This document shows, piece after piece, positions 37,745 through 48,173 of a DNA stretch of 64,000 nt. Origin of the DNA: Capsulimonadaceae bacterium (GTDB lineage: Bacteria; Armatimonadota; Armatimonadia; Armatimonadales; Capsulimonadaceae); assembly GCA_965215505.1 (NCBI GenBank), contig OZ244065.1:864001-928000 (forward strand), in the 5' to 3' direction. Numbering within the stretch: the first letter of the stretch is position 1; each line of letters opens with the position of its first letter. Below the pieces are notes generated by a model. The model was not told where the DNA came from. It ran no database searches and saw only the letters and a list, made by a program, of their open reading frames with translations. The position numbers were made by a program, and so were the translations under genes.

Positions 37745-38386
37745 TCATTCCTTTCGGGCCACGACAAATACCCAGGACCCCAGGGCGTCGTCCCGCCGGC
37801 TGTAGTGCCGGTACTCGGTCAGGTCCAGCACCCGCCAGCCGCCGGCGGGGAAGTAGGCCAGCATCTCGTCGGCGGACGCGGCGAAGAAGCCGCCGATCTG
37901 CGCCCCCCACCCCGCCATGGCAGGACTGAAGACGCCGACCGCGCACAGGCCGCCCGGCTTCGTCGCGGCCTGCAACCGGGTGATGTGGGAGGGTGCCTCG
38001 TCCGGCGGCAGGAACTGGTAGACGTTGGCGGCGAGGGCGAGGTCGTAGGCTTCCGGGGTGTAGTCGAAGGCGCGGACATCCCCCAAGGCCAGGTCAACCC
38101 GGTCCGAGGGCACGTCGCGCCGGGCGAGCAGGGCGCGCGTCTTTTCCAGCCCGGCCGGGGCGACATCGCGGGCGACGACATGGAAACCGGCCTCGGCCAA
38201 AAAGGCCGTATCACGGCCTTCGCCGCTGCCAAGGTCCAGGGCGGTTGCGCCGATGGGGTCCCCGCCGAAGGCCCGGAAGCAGCGCAGGGCGGAGCGGGCG
38301 ATCAGGCTAGGCTCCTCGCCGAAGAAGTGTTCCGGGGACGACGCATAAACGGCATCCCAATCGCGCGGCGGCTGGAAGTCGGGCAT
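37745..38386 (-). CDS. Class I SAM-dependent methyltransferase (TehB-like)
   Basis: ALDLGSGEGRDTAFLAEAGFHVVARD; start MPDFQP. Confidence 0.85.
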   Translation of the reverse strand: MPDFQPPRDWDAVYASSPEHFFGEEPSLIARSALRCFRAFGGDPIGATALDLGSGEGRDTAFLAEAGFHVVARDVAPAGLEKTRALLARRDVPSDRVDLALGDVRAFDYTPEAYDLALAANVYQFLPPDEAPSHITRLQAATKPGGLCAVGVFSPAMAGWGAQIGGFFAASADEMLAYFPAGGWRVLDLTEYRHYSRRDDALGSWVFVVARKE

Positions 38387-38437
38387 GACGCTTCTATTCG
38401 GCGGGTCGGGTACAATCCCCTGCGTGACCCGCTTATC

Positions 38438-39667
38438 ATGAACGAAGAGATCGCCCGTTTTCTGCTCGCCCCGGCGGGCCGCGCCCTGCTGGCCGAGGCC
38501 GACGCTCTGCTGACGGCGCGGGCCGAAACGCTGACCGCCCTGACGCGGCTGCGCCGGAGTGCCGCCCCGGACCTCGCGGTCGCGGCCTGGGACATGGCCG
38601 AGATGCGGCGGCGCGGGCAGGTCAAGTTCGGCCCACTCTCGGCGCAAATGTATTTCGTGCGCGAGGCCTTGGAACAGGCGTCGGGGCGCGGCACGGCGGA
38701 CTACCACGCGGCCAGGCTGGCGGCGTCGGGGGCGCAGGCCGTGGCGGACCTCGGCGGGGGAATCGGCGGCGACGCGCTGGCCTTCGCCCGCGCAGGGTTG
38801 ACCGTAACCCTGATCGAGCGCGACCCGGTCCGCGCCCTGTTCGCGGAGGAGAACGCCCGCGTCTGGGAGTTGGCGGGGCGCATCGCCGTCGTGCAGCAAG
38901 ACGTCACCGAGGCGGCGATTTCCGCCCAGGCGGCCTGGCTGGACCCGGCCCGACGCCGGGACAGCCGCCGCGTCTCGGACCCGGAGGATTACGCGCCCCC
39001 GCTGTCGTGGCTGACGGAGATGTCGGCGCGCGGCGTCGGCAGCATCGGCGTCAAGCTCTCGCCGGGCATTGACCACGCCCTGGCGGGCCGGTTCGGGGCG
39101 GAACTGGAGTTCCTGTCGGAAGGCGGCGAGTGCCGCGAGGCGCTGCTGTGGCTCGGCGGGGCAAGGTCGGGCGACGCCTTGCGGGCGACGGTGATCACGC
39201 CGCAGGGGCCGGTCAGCCTGTCGGGGCGTGAGGACACGCCGGGGCAGCCGGTCGCCGGCGGCGGCAAATACCTGTATGAGCCGGACCCGGCCGTCATCCG
39301 CGCGCACCTGGTCGGCACCCTGGCGCGTCAGCTTGACGCCGCCCCCACTGACCCGCAGATCGCGTATCTGCTCGGGGACCGACTCCGGCACACGCCGTTC
39401 GCCGACGCCTACGAAGTCCTGGACCGGTTCCCCTACGGCAACAAGCGGCTGCAAAGAGCCTTAACCGACCGCGACGTGGGCCGCGTCATCATCAAGAAGC
39501 GCGGCTTCCCGCAGGAGCCGGACGAGGTCCGCAAACAGCTTAAACTGCGCGGGTCGCAGGAGATGATCGTCGTTCTGGCCCGCATCGGCAAGGGGCACGA
39601 GGTCTTTCTTTGCCGCTTGGTGCAGGAAACCGGCCCCGCCCCGTCCAATGACAATCCCCGTGACTGA
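38438..39667 (+). CDS. SAM-dependent methyltransferase with THUMP-like domain
   Basis: ALEQAS, VADLGGGIGGDA, WLDPARR, KLSPG, LYEPDPAVIRA, IKKRG. Confidence 0.85.
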   Translation: MNEEIARFLLAPAGRALLAEADALLTARAETLTALTRLRRSAAPDLAVAAWDMAEMRRRGQVKFGPLSAQMYFVREALEQASGRGTADYHAARLAASGAQAVADLGGGIGGDALAFARAGLTVTLIERDPVRALFAEENARVWELAGRIAVVQQDVTEAAISAQAAWLDPARRRDSRRVSDPEDYAPPLSWLTEMSARGVGSIGVKLSPGIDHALAGRFGAELEFLSEGGECREALLWLGGARSGDALRATVITPQGPVSLSGREDTPGQPVAGGGKYLYEPDPAVIRAHLVGTLARQLDAAPTDPQIAYLLGDRLRHTPFADAYEVLDRFPYGNKRLQRALTDRDVGRVIIKKRGFPQEPDEVRKQLKLRGSQEMIVVLARIGKGHEVFLCRLVQETGPAPSNDNPRD

Positions 39668-41006
39668 CCGAAACGACGACCCCCAAGCCCTGTCCCGCGC
39701 GGACAAACGCCTCAACTTCGCCGCCTGCCTCATTGACGCCGTCGGCTGGCCGCTGGGTGCCGCCCTGTTCTCCCAGACCACCATCCTCCCGCTCTTCCTG
39801 CGTCAACTGGGGGCCAGCAACACCGCCGTCGGCTGCCTGCCCGCGCTCTACAACCTGCTGGTCTTCCTGCCCGGCCTGCTCGTGGTCGGACACATCAGCC
39901 GCCTGACACGCGCGCGGGGCTACCTGTTTCTGATCGCGCTGGTGGAGCGGTTCGCCCTGCTCGCCCTGGTCCCGCTGACGCTGCTGTGGGGGCGGACGCA
40001 TCCCGGCTGGCTCATCGGGGCGCTGTTCCTGATTATCTCGGCCCACGCGGGCGCGATGGGATTAAACCAGCCCGCCTACTGGGTCGTCGTCGGCAAGTGC
40101 GTCCCGCCCGCCTGGCGCGGGCGGCTGTTCGGGTACGCGGGCGGCATCGCGGGCGTGCTGGGGCTGGGCATGGACGGCCTGCTGCGGCGGCTGCTGGCCG
40201 GGCCGGACGGCGGCTTCCCGCACGGCTACGCCGTCGGCTTCGGGATCGGCTTCCTGTTCATGACGGTCAGCGTCCTGCCGCTCGGCATCATCCGCGAGCC
40301 GCCGAGTCAGCCGCGCGCCGCCGATGACCCGCACACCGGCCACTACGGGCGGGACAGCCTGCGCGTCCTGCGAACGGACGGAAGCTTCCGGCGCTTCCTC
40401 TACGGCCAGGTCGCGCTGACATTGGCCGCACTGGCGACCCCGTTTTACGTCCTCTATGCCGAGCATCACCTCCACGCCGGGGCGATCTCGGTGGCGGGCT
40501 ACACGGCCTCGCTCGTCCTGGTCGCCTCCTTCGGGAGCCTGGGCTGGGGGGCGTGGAGCGACCGGGCGGGCAACAAGGTCGTCCTGCTGGCGGCCTGCGC
40601 CTGTGCGGCCCTCGCCGCCGCCGCCGCCCTGTTTGCGCCCTCCGCCCTGCTGTTCTACGGCGTCTTCGTCCTGCTGGCCTTGGGGACGGCGGGGATGAAC
40701 ATCGCCGGCAACAACATCGTGATGGAGTACGCCGGGTCGCCGCGCGAGATCCCCCTGTATACGGGCATCTACAACGCCGTCACCTCCCTGCCCCGCGCCG
40801 CCGCGCCCCTGCTCGGCGGCCTGATCGCCGACCACATGGGCGGTTATGAAACCCTGTTCCTCCTCTCCGCCGTCTTGGCCGCCGCCGCCCTGGTGCTGAC
40901 GGGCCGAGCGGCTGATCCGCGTCATGGCGAGCCACCCGCCCCCAGTTCGGGGGGAGACGGCGGCGGCGAATTCCCGGCGCATTACCTGGCGGGGGCTGAG
41001 GCGTGA
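39648..41006 (+). CDS. MFS transporter
   Basis: About 12 TM helices, WRGRLFG, GAWSDRAGNK. Confidence 0.85.
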   Translation: MTIPVTDRNDDPQALSRADKRLNFAACLIDAVGWPLGAALFSQTTILPLFLRQLGASNTAVGCLPALYNLLVFLPGLLVVGHISRLTRARGYLFLIALVERFALLALVPLTLLWGRTHPGWLIGALFLIISAHAGAMGLNQPAYWVVVGKCVPPAWRGRLFGYAGGIAGVLGLGMDGLLRRLLAGPDGGFPHGYAVGFGIGFLFMTVSVLPLGIIREPPSQPRAADDPHTGHYGRDSLRVLRTDGSFRRFLYGQVALTLAALATPFYVLYAEHHLHAGAISVAGYTASLVLVASFGSLGWGAWSDRAGNKVVLLAACACAALAAAAALFAPSALLFYGVFVLLALGTAGMNIAGNNIVMEYAGSPREIPLYTGIYNAVTSLPRAAAPLLGGLIADHMGGYETLFLLSAVLAAAALVLTGRAADPRHGEPPAPSSGGDGGGEFPAHYLAGAEA

Positions 41007-41196
41007 GGTTTCGGCCCGGCCCGTCCACTAAACCATCAGCCTCGACTAATCGCTCGAACTAGAGATGCTGCGAACACCGCTGCCTGACCGCCCGGCGTTT
41101 GCCTTCGCCTGGAGTCGGCAGGCCGCCGACTTCGCCCATCTTAAGCGCGTCTACGCCGCCAGCGGCATTCTCAGATGAAAAAACCGAGGGGAAGCC

Positions 41197-41490
41197 ATGC
41201 GCGACATGCCCACAATCGAGTGGCAGTTTGAGTTCCCACCCGAGGTGCAGGCCGAGCGCGAGATCGTCTTGAGGGCCTATGATCGGGCGATGAACGAGCG
41301 CACCCCAGAGGCAATCCGGGAGGCGGGGGCGCTGGCATGGGCCTGGGTGACTCGTCACCCGGAAGACTATGCCGTCTGGGACGCGGGGGAACCCATCGCG
41401 ATGCTGGCCGAGGCCATGGGCATCCACGGTTCCGATCCGCAAGCATGTCCGCCGACGCGCGCTCTCGCAGGTACGCTTGCCGCTCGGTGA
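41197..41490 (+). CDS. Small hypothetical protein
   Basis: SD GAGGGG, plausible helical composition. Confidence 0.5.
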   Translation: MRDMPTIEWQFEFPPEVQAEREIVLRAYDRAMNERTPEAIREAGALAWAWVTRHPEDYAVWDAGEPIAMLAEAMGIHGSDPQACPPTRALAGTLAAR

Positions 41491-41593
41491 TTGTTTCGGA
41501 TGGTTTTCGACAGATGCACAGGCAGGAACGGATCGCTCCGTCCTTGTCTTTTTGCTCGCCGTTTCGTTGAGGGCACAGGTATAATTGCTGCCT

Positions 41594-44500
41594 ATGCTGC
41601 TATACAACGACACCGCGAAACACTTCCGATCACTCCTCGCCATTCTCCTCCTCACGCTATCCATCACCGGCGTCGGCTGGGCGCGGCCCGTCATCGTGCC
41701 GGACCGTCCAACCATGACCCTCGACGACCTGGGGCTGTATGAGGTCGGCTATGCCCTGCGCGGCAGGCCGGAAGTGCGCCTGCCGGTCGGCTGGACGAGC
41801 GGGCTGGACGGCCCCACCGGGGCGGCCTGCCAGTCGGCTGGAATCCAGAACGGGCGGGAGGCATGGCTGCTCCACGTCCCCTGGCGCGGCCAAACGGGCG
41901 TCACGTTCCAGGAGTTTACCCTGCTGCTGCCGCGTGCCCCGAGGATCGTCCTGAGCGGGGCGACGGCCCTGCGCGCCGACGCCGTGGGCAAGTCGGACGG
42001 CGGCACGTTCCGCGTCTATGTGGACGGCGCGAAGCGGCTGGACGTGAACCGGGCGGACGAGAGGTGGCAGCCGTTCGCCATTGACCTGACGGCATCGGCG
42101 GGGAAGACGGTCACGCTGCGGTTCGAAACCGACCCCGGCCCGCGCGACGATGCGAGCTTCGACTTCGCGCTCTGGGGCGGGCGTCAGGTGGTCCTGACGG
42201 GGTTCCGGCCCCTAGCGCAAACGCATCCCGCCCCGCCGCCGCTGGACCTGCGGCGGCTGACCTCACGGCAGAGCGGGAGTGTCGCGCCGCCCTCCGGGTT
42301 TGTGGGCGGGACGGGCGTACAGGTCACGGCGGCAGAAGCCGTGCTGCGCTACAAGGGCGCGGATGGGACTCTGGCTTATCACTGGAAGCCTAAAGGAGAC
42401 GGTTTGCTCGGCGGCCTGACGCTGCGGGCGGCCATGACGGGTGACGCGCCGGTCACGCTGCCGCTGGCAGGGCAGGCAGGCTTGGACTGGACGGGCGCGG
42501 CAGCTTTGGCGGGTACTCGCCTGACGCCCCTGCCGGGCGGGAATGGAGCGACGCTGACGCGGACCTACCTCATCGCGGGGCAGACGGCGACGGTGACGGT
42601 GGCGGGCCGGATGCGGGGGAAGAGCCTCGTCTTTGACATCGCCTGTGACAAGCCGCTCCTGGGCGGCCTGCGCGGCGGCGACTGGGGGCCGACAATGCGG
42701 CGGCGGCAGGTCGCCCTCCCCTACTACTCCAACGCGGTCTGGTTTTTGGAGCGCGAGAACCTGTTTGCCGGGGTGTTCCTTGACTGGACTGCTTCGCAGG
42801 CGTCTTCCCAGAACGGGACGCGCGCCGCCTACGACGCGCGCACTGACGGCACACGGAACCTGCTGCATGAGAGGCTGGTATACACGGCGGCCTGGCACCT
42901 GGCCGAGACGCTGCCGAACATCCCCAACCCGCCCTCGCCGTTCCGCACCGACCTTGCGGGCCGCGTCATGCTGGACATCTGGGGCGGCAGTTTCGCGACC
43001 GTTCAGGAGCGCCTGCACACGCTGGCCGAGTGCGGCTTCGGGCCGGGGACGGCGATCCTCCACGACTGGCAGCGCGACGGCTACGACAACGGCCTGCCGG
43101 CCCACGTCCCCGCCAACCCGAAGCTCGGAGGCGACCCAGCCATGGCGGCGCTCGTCAGCGGAGGGCAGGCGGACGGCATCGAGATGGCGCTGCACGAGAA
43201 CTATGTAGATTACTATCCGGACTTCGAGGGGTTCACCGACGCCGACATCGCCCGCGCCTCGGACGGCTCGCGCGTCCGCGCCTGGTACAACCCCGGCACG
43301 AGGATACAGTCGTTCGCCGTCAAGCCGGCGCGCATCCTGCCGCTGGCAATGACGCAGGGGCCGGAAGTGGTCGGGCGTTATGGGAGTACGGCCTGCTACC
43401 TTGACGTGCATTCCGCCGTGCCGCCCTGGTTCCATGTGGACGCTGAGGCGGGGCAGGCTGGAGCGGGGGAGTTTGAAGCCGTCTGGGACGCGCATCAAGG
43501 GCTGTGGGCCTACGAGCGCGGCCTGCACCACGGCCCGGTCTTCGGCGAGGGCAACAACCACTGGTACTGGAGCGGGCTGCTCGACGGCGTGGAAGCGCAA
43601 TTCGGGCAGGGATGGCGCGACGGGGCGGGGACGAGTGCGCCGCTGCTGGTAGACTTCGACCTGCTCAAAATCCACCCGTTGCAGCTCAATCACGGCATGG
43701 GCTATTACGAGCGCTGGTGGGCGCACGGGCCGGACGCGCGGCGCGGGCTGCTGAGTCTGCTGGACCAGTACCGGATGCAGGAAGTGGCCTACGGGCATCA
43801 GGGCTTCTTAGGCGGCGAGGCGTGGCATGACCCGGCCCTCTCCTGGCTGGAACCTCACCTGATGCGGCCCCTGACGGCGCGCACGGCACTCGCCGGCCCC
43901 GTCGCCATTGACTATCTCAATGGCGGGCGGTGGCTGGACACGACGGCGGCGGCCAAGGCGGACGATCCCGCCGCCTGGTCCCGCGTCCGGGTCCGGTACG
44001 GCAACGGCCTGACGGTGTGGGCGAACGGAGGCGACATTCCCCTCCGCTTAGGCTCCGTTACCCTGCCGCCGAACGGCTGGCTGGCCTTGGGCGCGGGCCT
44101 GACCGCCGGGACCACGCTGCGCGCAGGCATCGTCTCCGACATGGCCGAGACGGCGGGCAGCGTGTTCGTCAACGCCCGCCCCGCCGACGACTGGGACACG
44201 CCCGGCACGACGCGCCTGCACCCGACGGTGGCGGAGTTCGTCCCCACCGGCCCGCGCTCGTTCCGCGCCACCTACCATTGGAGAGTCGGGCAGACTCCGG
44301 CCGCCGATTACGGCTGCTTCGTCCACTTCGTTCAGCCGTCCCTCCAGGACGGCGGGGAGGGCATCCGGTTCCAGCAGGACCACGCCCTGGCCCCGCCGAC
44401 TTCGCGGTGGAAGCCGGGCAAGACGGTCACGGACGGCCCGTGGGACGTTACCGTCCCCGCCGATGCCGCGCCGGGCGACTACCCGTGGACAGTCGGCCTG

Positions 44501-44881
44501 TTCGCGCCCGGCGGCGGGCGGCTGACCTTGCAGGGCACGTCAGACGCCCACAGCCGCATCGTGTTGGGCACACTGCACGTCGCGGCGACGGGGCTGACGT
44601 TCACCCCTACCCAGCCCGACGCGGGCCGCACTACGGCCCCGGTCAACCACGACAATCGTGTGCTGGACTTTGGCAGCGTCCGCACCAACGGCAGCGTCTT
44701 CCTCCGCCGGGAGGGAGGCGACTGGACCCTGCGGCCCTTCCCGCGCGACCGCCCGTTCACGGTCAGCCTTTCCGCCGCCCGGCTCGGACACCCCTCCTCA
44801 GCCACCGTCGTCGGCGGCTGGTGGCATCTGCCCCTGACCGGCGCGGCGGTGTACCGCTGGCCCGCTCTCGGAGGCAAATAG
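41594..44881 (+). CDS. Large secreted putative glycoside hydrolase (DUF5696-like)
   Basis: Signal peptide; HDWQRDGYDNGLP, LHENYVD, YLDVHS, GEGNNH barrel-like motifs. Confidence 0.7.
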   Translation: MLLYNDTAKHFRSLLAILLLTLSITGVGWARPVIVPDRPTMTLDDLGLYEVGYALRGRPEVRLPVGWTSGLDGPTGAACQSAGIQNGREAWLLHVPWRGQTGVTFQEFTLLLPRAPRIVLSGATALRADAVGKSDGGTFRVYVDGAKRLDVNRADERWQPFAIDLTASAGKTVTLRFETDPGPRDDASFDFALWGGRQVVLTGFRPLAQTHPAPPPLDLRRLTSRQSGSVAPPSGFVGGTGVQVTAAEAVLRYKGADGTLAYHWKPKGDGLLGGLTLRAAMTGDAPVTLPLAGQAGLDWTGAAALAGTRLTPLPGGNGATLTRTYLIAGQTATVTVAGRMRGKSLVFDIACDKPLLGGLRGGDWGPTMRRRQVALPYYSNAVWFLERENLFAGVFLDWTASQASSQNGTRAAYDARTDGTRNLLHERLVYTAAWHLAETLPNIPNPPSPFRTDLAGRVMLDIWGGSFATVQERLHTLAECGFGPGTAILHDWQRDGYDNGLPAHVPANPKLGGDPAMAALVSGGQADGIEMALHENYVDYYPDFEGFTDADIARASDGSRVRAWYNPGTRIQSFAVKPARILPLAMTQGPEVVGRYGSTACYLDVHSAVPPWFHVDAEAGQAGAGEFEAVWDAHQGLWAYERGLHHGPVFGEGNNHWYWSGLLDGVEAQFGQGWRDGAGTSAPLLVDFDLLKIHPLQLNHGMGYYERWWAHGPDARRGLLSLLDQYRMQEVAYGHQGFLGGEAWHDPALSWLEPHLMRPLTARTALAGPVAIDYLNGGRWLDTTAAAKADDPAAWSRVRVRYGNGLTVWANGGDIPLRLGSVTLPPNGWLALGAGLTAGTTLRAGIVSDMAETAGSVFVNARPADDWDTPGTTRLHPTVAEFVPTGPRSFRATYHWRVGQTPAADYGCFVHFVQPSLQDGGEGIRFQQDHALAPPTSRWKPGKTVTDGPWDVTVPADAAPGDYPWTVGLFAPGGGRLTLQGTSDAHSRIVLGTLHVAATGLTFTPTQPDAGRTTAPVNHDNRVLDFGSVRTNGSVFLRREGGDWTLRPFPRDRPFTVSLSAARLGHPSSATVVGGWWHLPLTGAAVYRWPALGGK

Positions 44882-44886
44882 CACCG

Positions 44887-46350
44887 ATGTCTGCGCCCCA
44901 AGCTGTCCAGCACATCACGATTGACCCCACCCCGCTTTACGCGCTGTCCCCCTACCTCTATATGCAGTTCATGGAGCCGCTGGGTGCGACGGACGGGTCG
45001 GTCGAGGCGGCCTGGAACCATCAGGCCGCCGCCTGGCGGCCCGACGTGGTGGAGGTGACGCGCTCGCTCGCGCCCGGCCTGATCCGCTGGGGCGGGTGCC
45101 TGAGTTCTTACTACCGCTGGGAGGAGGGCGTCGGGCCGCGCGACGAGCGGAGGCCGATGCACAACCTGCTCTGGGGCGGCATCGAGTCGAGCCAGATCGG
45201 GACGGGCGAGTTCGTGGACTTCTGCCGCCACGTCGGCGCGGAGGGATTTTTCTGCGTCAACTTCGAGTCGGACGGCCGCAAAGGCTGGGCCGACCCGCGC
45301 GTCGGCGGGCCGCGCTCGGCGGGGCCAGAGGAAGCGGCGCGGTGGGTCCGCTACTGCAACGACCCCGACGACGCCCTGCGCCGCAGCCACGGCGTCGAGC
45401 ATCCCTACGGCCTGCGTCTCTGGCAGATCGGCAACGAGACGTCTTACGACCCGGCCGGTTACGACCTGGAAACGGCGGCGGCGCGCACGGTCGCCTTTGC
45501 CCAGGCCATGCGCCGGGCCGACCCAAACGTCCGGCTGATCGGCTGGGGCGACAGCGGCTGGGCGGCGCGCATGATCGAGGCGGCGGGCGAGCATCTGGAC
45601 TACATCGCCTTCCACCACATATTCCATCCCTCGCCGGGCGACCCCATCCTGGACGGCACGAACTACCGCCGCGACCCCGACCGCGCCTGGGCTGCGCTGA
45701 TGAACGCGCACACGATGCACCGGCAAAAAGTGAAGGCGATGCGCGCCGAGGTGGAAGGGACGGGGATGCCGCTGGCCCTGACGGAGTGCCACTTCGACAT
45801 CCCCGGCCGTGACCGGGGCGATGTGCTGTCCTCCTGGGCGGCGGGCGTCGCCTATGCGCGGATGCTCAACGTCCACGAGCGCCATGGGGACGTGCTGAAG
45901 ATCGCGACGCTGTCCGACTTCTGCGGCACACGCTGGCAGGTCAACTCGGTGATGATCCCGACGCCGGGCGGCCGGGCCTACCTGATGCCCGTCGCCCACG
46001 TCATGCGGCTCTACCGCACCCACGGCGGCGAGCAGGCCGTCGCCGTCCGCGACTGCCCCTCCGACCTGGACGTCACGGCGAGCCGCACCGGCGACCGCCT
46101 CTTTGTCCATGTGGTCAACACGCGCCGAGATCGGTCCGTCACGGTTCGCCTGGACGTTGCAGGCTTCACCGCCCACGGCGGACGCTGCTTCGAGATCGCC
46201 GCCGACCCCGAAACCGAGGTCCTGCAAAGCTGCCCCGATGTCCTTCAGATCAGCGAGAAGCCGCCGGACGGGGACGTCTGGACGTTTCCTGCCGCTTCGG
46301 TGTCTGCCGTCGAGATTGACCTGCTCCCGTCACACCGCCCTCAGCCATAA
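44887..46350 (+). CDS. alpha-L-arabinofuranosidase (GH51-like)
   Basis: IRWGGC, YRWEEGVGP, GTGEFVDFC, WQIGNE, LALTE, TFPAASVS. Confidence 0.85.
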   Translation: MSAPQAVQHITIDPTPLYALSPYLYMQFMEPLGATDGSVEAAWNHQAAAWRPDVVEVTRSLAPGLIRWGGCLSSYYRWEEGVGPRDERRPMHNLLWGGIESSQIGTGEFVDFCRHVGAEGFFCVNFESDGRKGWADPRVGGPRSAGPEEAARWVRYCNDPDDALRRSHGVEHPYGLRLWQIGNETSYDPAGYDLETAAARTVAFAQAMRRADPNVRLIGWGDSGWAARMIEAAGEHLDYIAFHHIFHPSPGDPILDGTNYRRDPDRAWAALMNAHTMHRQKVKAMRAEVEGTGMPLALTECHFDIPGRDRGDVLSSWAAGVAYARMLNVHERHGDVLKIATLSDFCGTRWQVNSVMIPTPGGRAYLMPVAHVMRLYRTHGGEQAVAVRDCPSDLDVTASRTGDRLFVHVVNTRRDRSVTVRLDVAGFTAHGGRCFEIAADPETEVLQSCPDVLQISEKPPDGDVWTFPAASVSAVEIDLLPSHRPQP

Positions 46351-46364
46351 GGTTTCCGTGCAAA

Positions 46365-47042
46365 ATGCCGCCTGCCACACCCCAGCTTCAACTCGAAACC
46401 CTGTTCGTTCTGGACGGCCGCGGGCGGCTCGTCTCGACCCGTGAGCCGCAGCCATCCCCCAGCCCTGCGTTCATGCTCATCCGCGGTGCGACGAGTCTTG
46501 CCTGGGCGGTTCGGGCCGATGTCCCCGATGATTTGGCCGAAGAACTCGGCGCTCTCGCGCGGCAGGAGCCTCCTTCGCTTCTGTGGGAGCCGCCGCTCTA
46601 CGCCGAGCGTTACCTGGCCGTGCTGCCTGGCCGCGTCAGTCACGGGCCGGCGTTCGAGTTCCCCGAGTCGGTTGACGCCCCCGCCGACGTGGTGAGCGTC
46701 CGCGATGAGGCGTTGCTGCAACATCACTTCTCAGGCTGGGTGGCGGGCGAGGTCGAGGCCGGCCGTTCCCCGGTCGTGGCGGTGTCCGTGGAAGGCCACC
46801 CGGTGAGCGTCTGCTGCTGTGCGCGCCGGTCGGACGTGGCGGCCGAGGCCGGCCTTGAAACGGCGACGGCTTTCCGCGGCCTCGGTCATGCGCCCCGCGT
46901 GACGGCGGCCTGGGCCGTGGCCGTGCGGGCTTCGGGCCGCACGCCTTTGTACAGCACCAGCATGAACAACGGGCCGTCGCTGGCGGTCGCACGGAAGCTC
47001 GGGCTGAGGACCTATGCGACGGATTGGAGTATTTTAGCTTGA
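46365..47042 (+). CDS. GNAT family acetyltransferase
   Basis: EAGLETATAFRGLGHA, LYSTS..N..SLAVARKLG. Confidence 0.85.
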   Translation: MPPATPQLQLETLFVLDGRGRLVSTREPQPSPSPAFMLIRGATSLAWAVRADVPDDLAEELGALARQEPPSLLWEPPLYAERYLAVLPGRVSHGPAFEFPESVDAPADVVSVRDEALLQHHFSGWVAGEVEAGRSPVVAVSVEGHPVSVCCCARRSDVAAEAGLETATAFRGLGHAPRVTAAWAVAVRASGRTPLYSTSMNNGPSLAVARKLGLRTYATDWSILA

Positions 47043-47098
47043 CAGGTGTTACGCAGCGGCTGTCGCGAGTGAGTCGAAACGCAGACAAGGACGAGTGA

Positions 47099-47264
47099 GG
47101 ACGAGTGATTGAAATCACTCGCTGACGCAGGATTTGTCCAGGGGACAAGCCGGAGAAAAGGGGACAGGTCGGAAGGGCTGGAAGCAAGAGTACTCTCTTG
47201 TGTTCTTGGTTCTTCTGTCCCCTGGACAGGTCCGGCGGCAGCGAGTGATTTCAATCACTCGTCC
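47099..47264. mobile_element. Non-autonomous palindromic element (MITE/REPIN-like)
   Basis: 49-bp terminal inverted repeats with 4 mismatches, each containing hairpin GAGTGATTGAAATCACTC. Confidence 0.75.
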
Positions 47265-47270
47265 GGCGGG

Positions 47271-48173
47271 TCACCATGCCAAGCCGCCCACAGTCTCAAA
47301 GAAGTGCCGGAAGAACGCCGCTGGGTTGCTCTCGCGGGCGAGCCACACCGGCCCCGCGTCATGGTCCACCCAACGGGTCGTTCCCTGAGTTTCGGTGTCG
47401 CTAAGGTCCACCTGCACCCGCCCCGGCGTCACGCGGCAGAGCGACGGCTCGAAGGCGAACGCCGCCGTCAGGGGGTCATGGAACGTGATGCCGCCGTACC
47501 GGTCGTAGGACTCCGCCGCCATCGCATTCACCAGCTCGAACGGGCCGCCCAGCGCGGAGAACCGGCGGCGACAGTCGGCGGCGTGCCGGTAGCATGGCGA
47601 GGTCACGTCTATGCCGACCGCCGTCAGGCGCGGCACGGGCGACTGGAAGACAAGGGAGGCCGCGTGCGGGTCGCCGAGGATGTTGCCTTCCGGGCCGCCG
47701 CCTTCCGCTCCGCCGTAGCGGCCCCCCATGAGGATCAGGTGGCGCAGCAGGGGGGCCGCCTCCGGGTCAAGCAAGAACAGCCGGGCGATGTTTGTCAGAG
47801 GCCCGATGGCGATCAGTGTGACCTCGTGGGGGTGCGCGCGGATCGTCTCGCGCAGGAACGCGGCCGCCGTGTCCTCAGGCCGGAAGACGCGGTGCGGCCA
47901 CGTCCCATCCAGCACACCTGCCTGCGGGGCCAGCGGCTGACGGCTTCCAACCCGTAGGGAGGCGGGGGCACCGACATGGATGGGGACGTCCGCCCGGCCC
48001 GCCGCGTGGCAGAGGGCGTCGGCAAGGGCGGCGCGCTTCTCCGACTCCCCCGTCACCGTGGTAACTCCCAGCAGGGCACAGCGCGGCTGGCGCAGCAGGT
48101 ACAGGAGCGCCAGGGCGTCGTCCACGTCGGAGCCGATGTCGGTGTCAAGGAGAACGGGGATGCTCTCCATCAT
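47271..48173 (-). CDS. Nucleoside hydrolase
   Basis: LLDTDIGSDVDDALAL, IAIGPLTNIA, LMGG, EGNILGDP, FHDPL. Confidence 0.92.
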   Translation of the reverse strand: MMESIPVLLDTDIGSDVDDALALLYLLRQPRCALLGVTTVTGESEKRAALADALCHAAGRADVPIHVGAPASLRVGSRQPLAPQAGVLDGTWPHRVFRPEDTAAAFLRETIRAHPHEVTLIAIGPLTNIARLFLLDPEAAPLLRHLILMGGRYGGAEGGGPEGNILGDPHAASLVFQSPVPRLTAVGIDVTSPCYRHAADCRRRFSALGGPFELVNAMAAESYDRYGGITFHDPLTAAFAFEPSLCRVTPGRVQVDLSDTETQGTTRWVDHDAGPVWLARESNPAAFFRHFFETVGGLAW

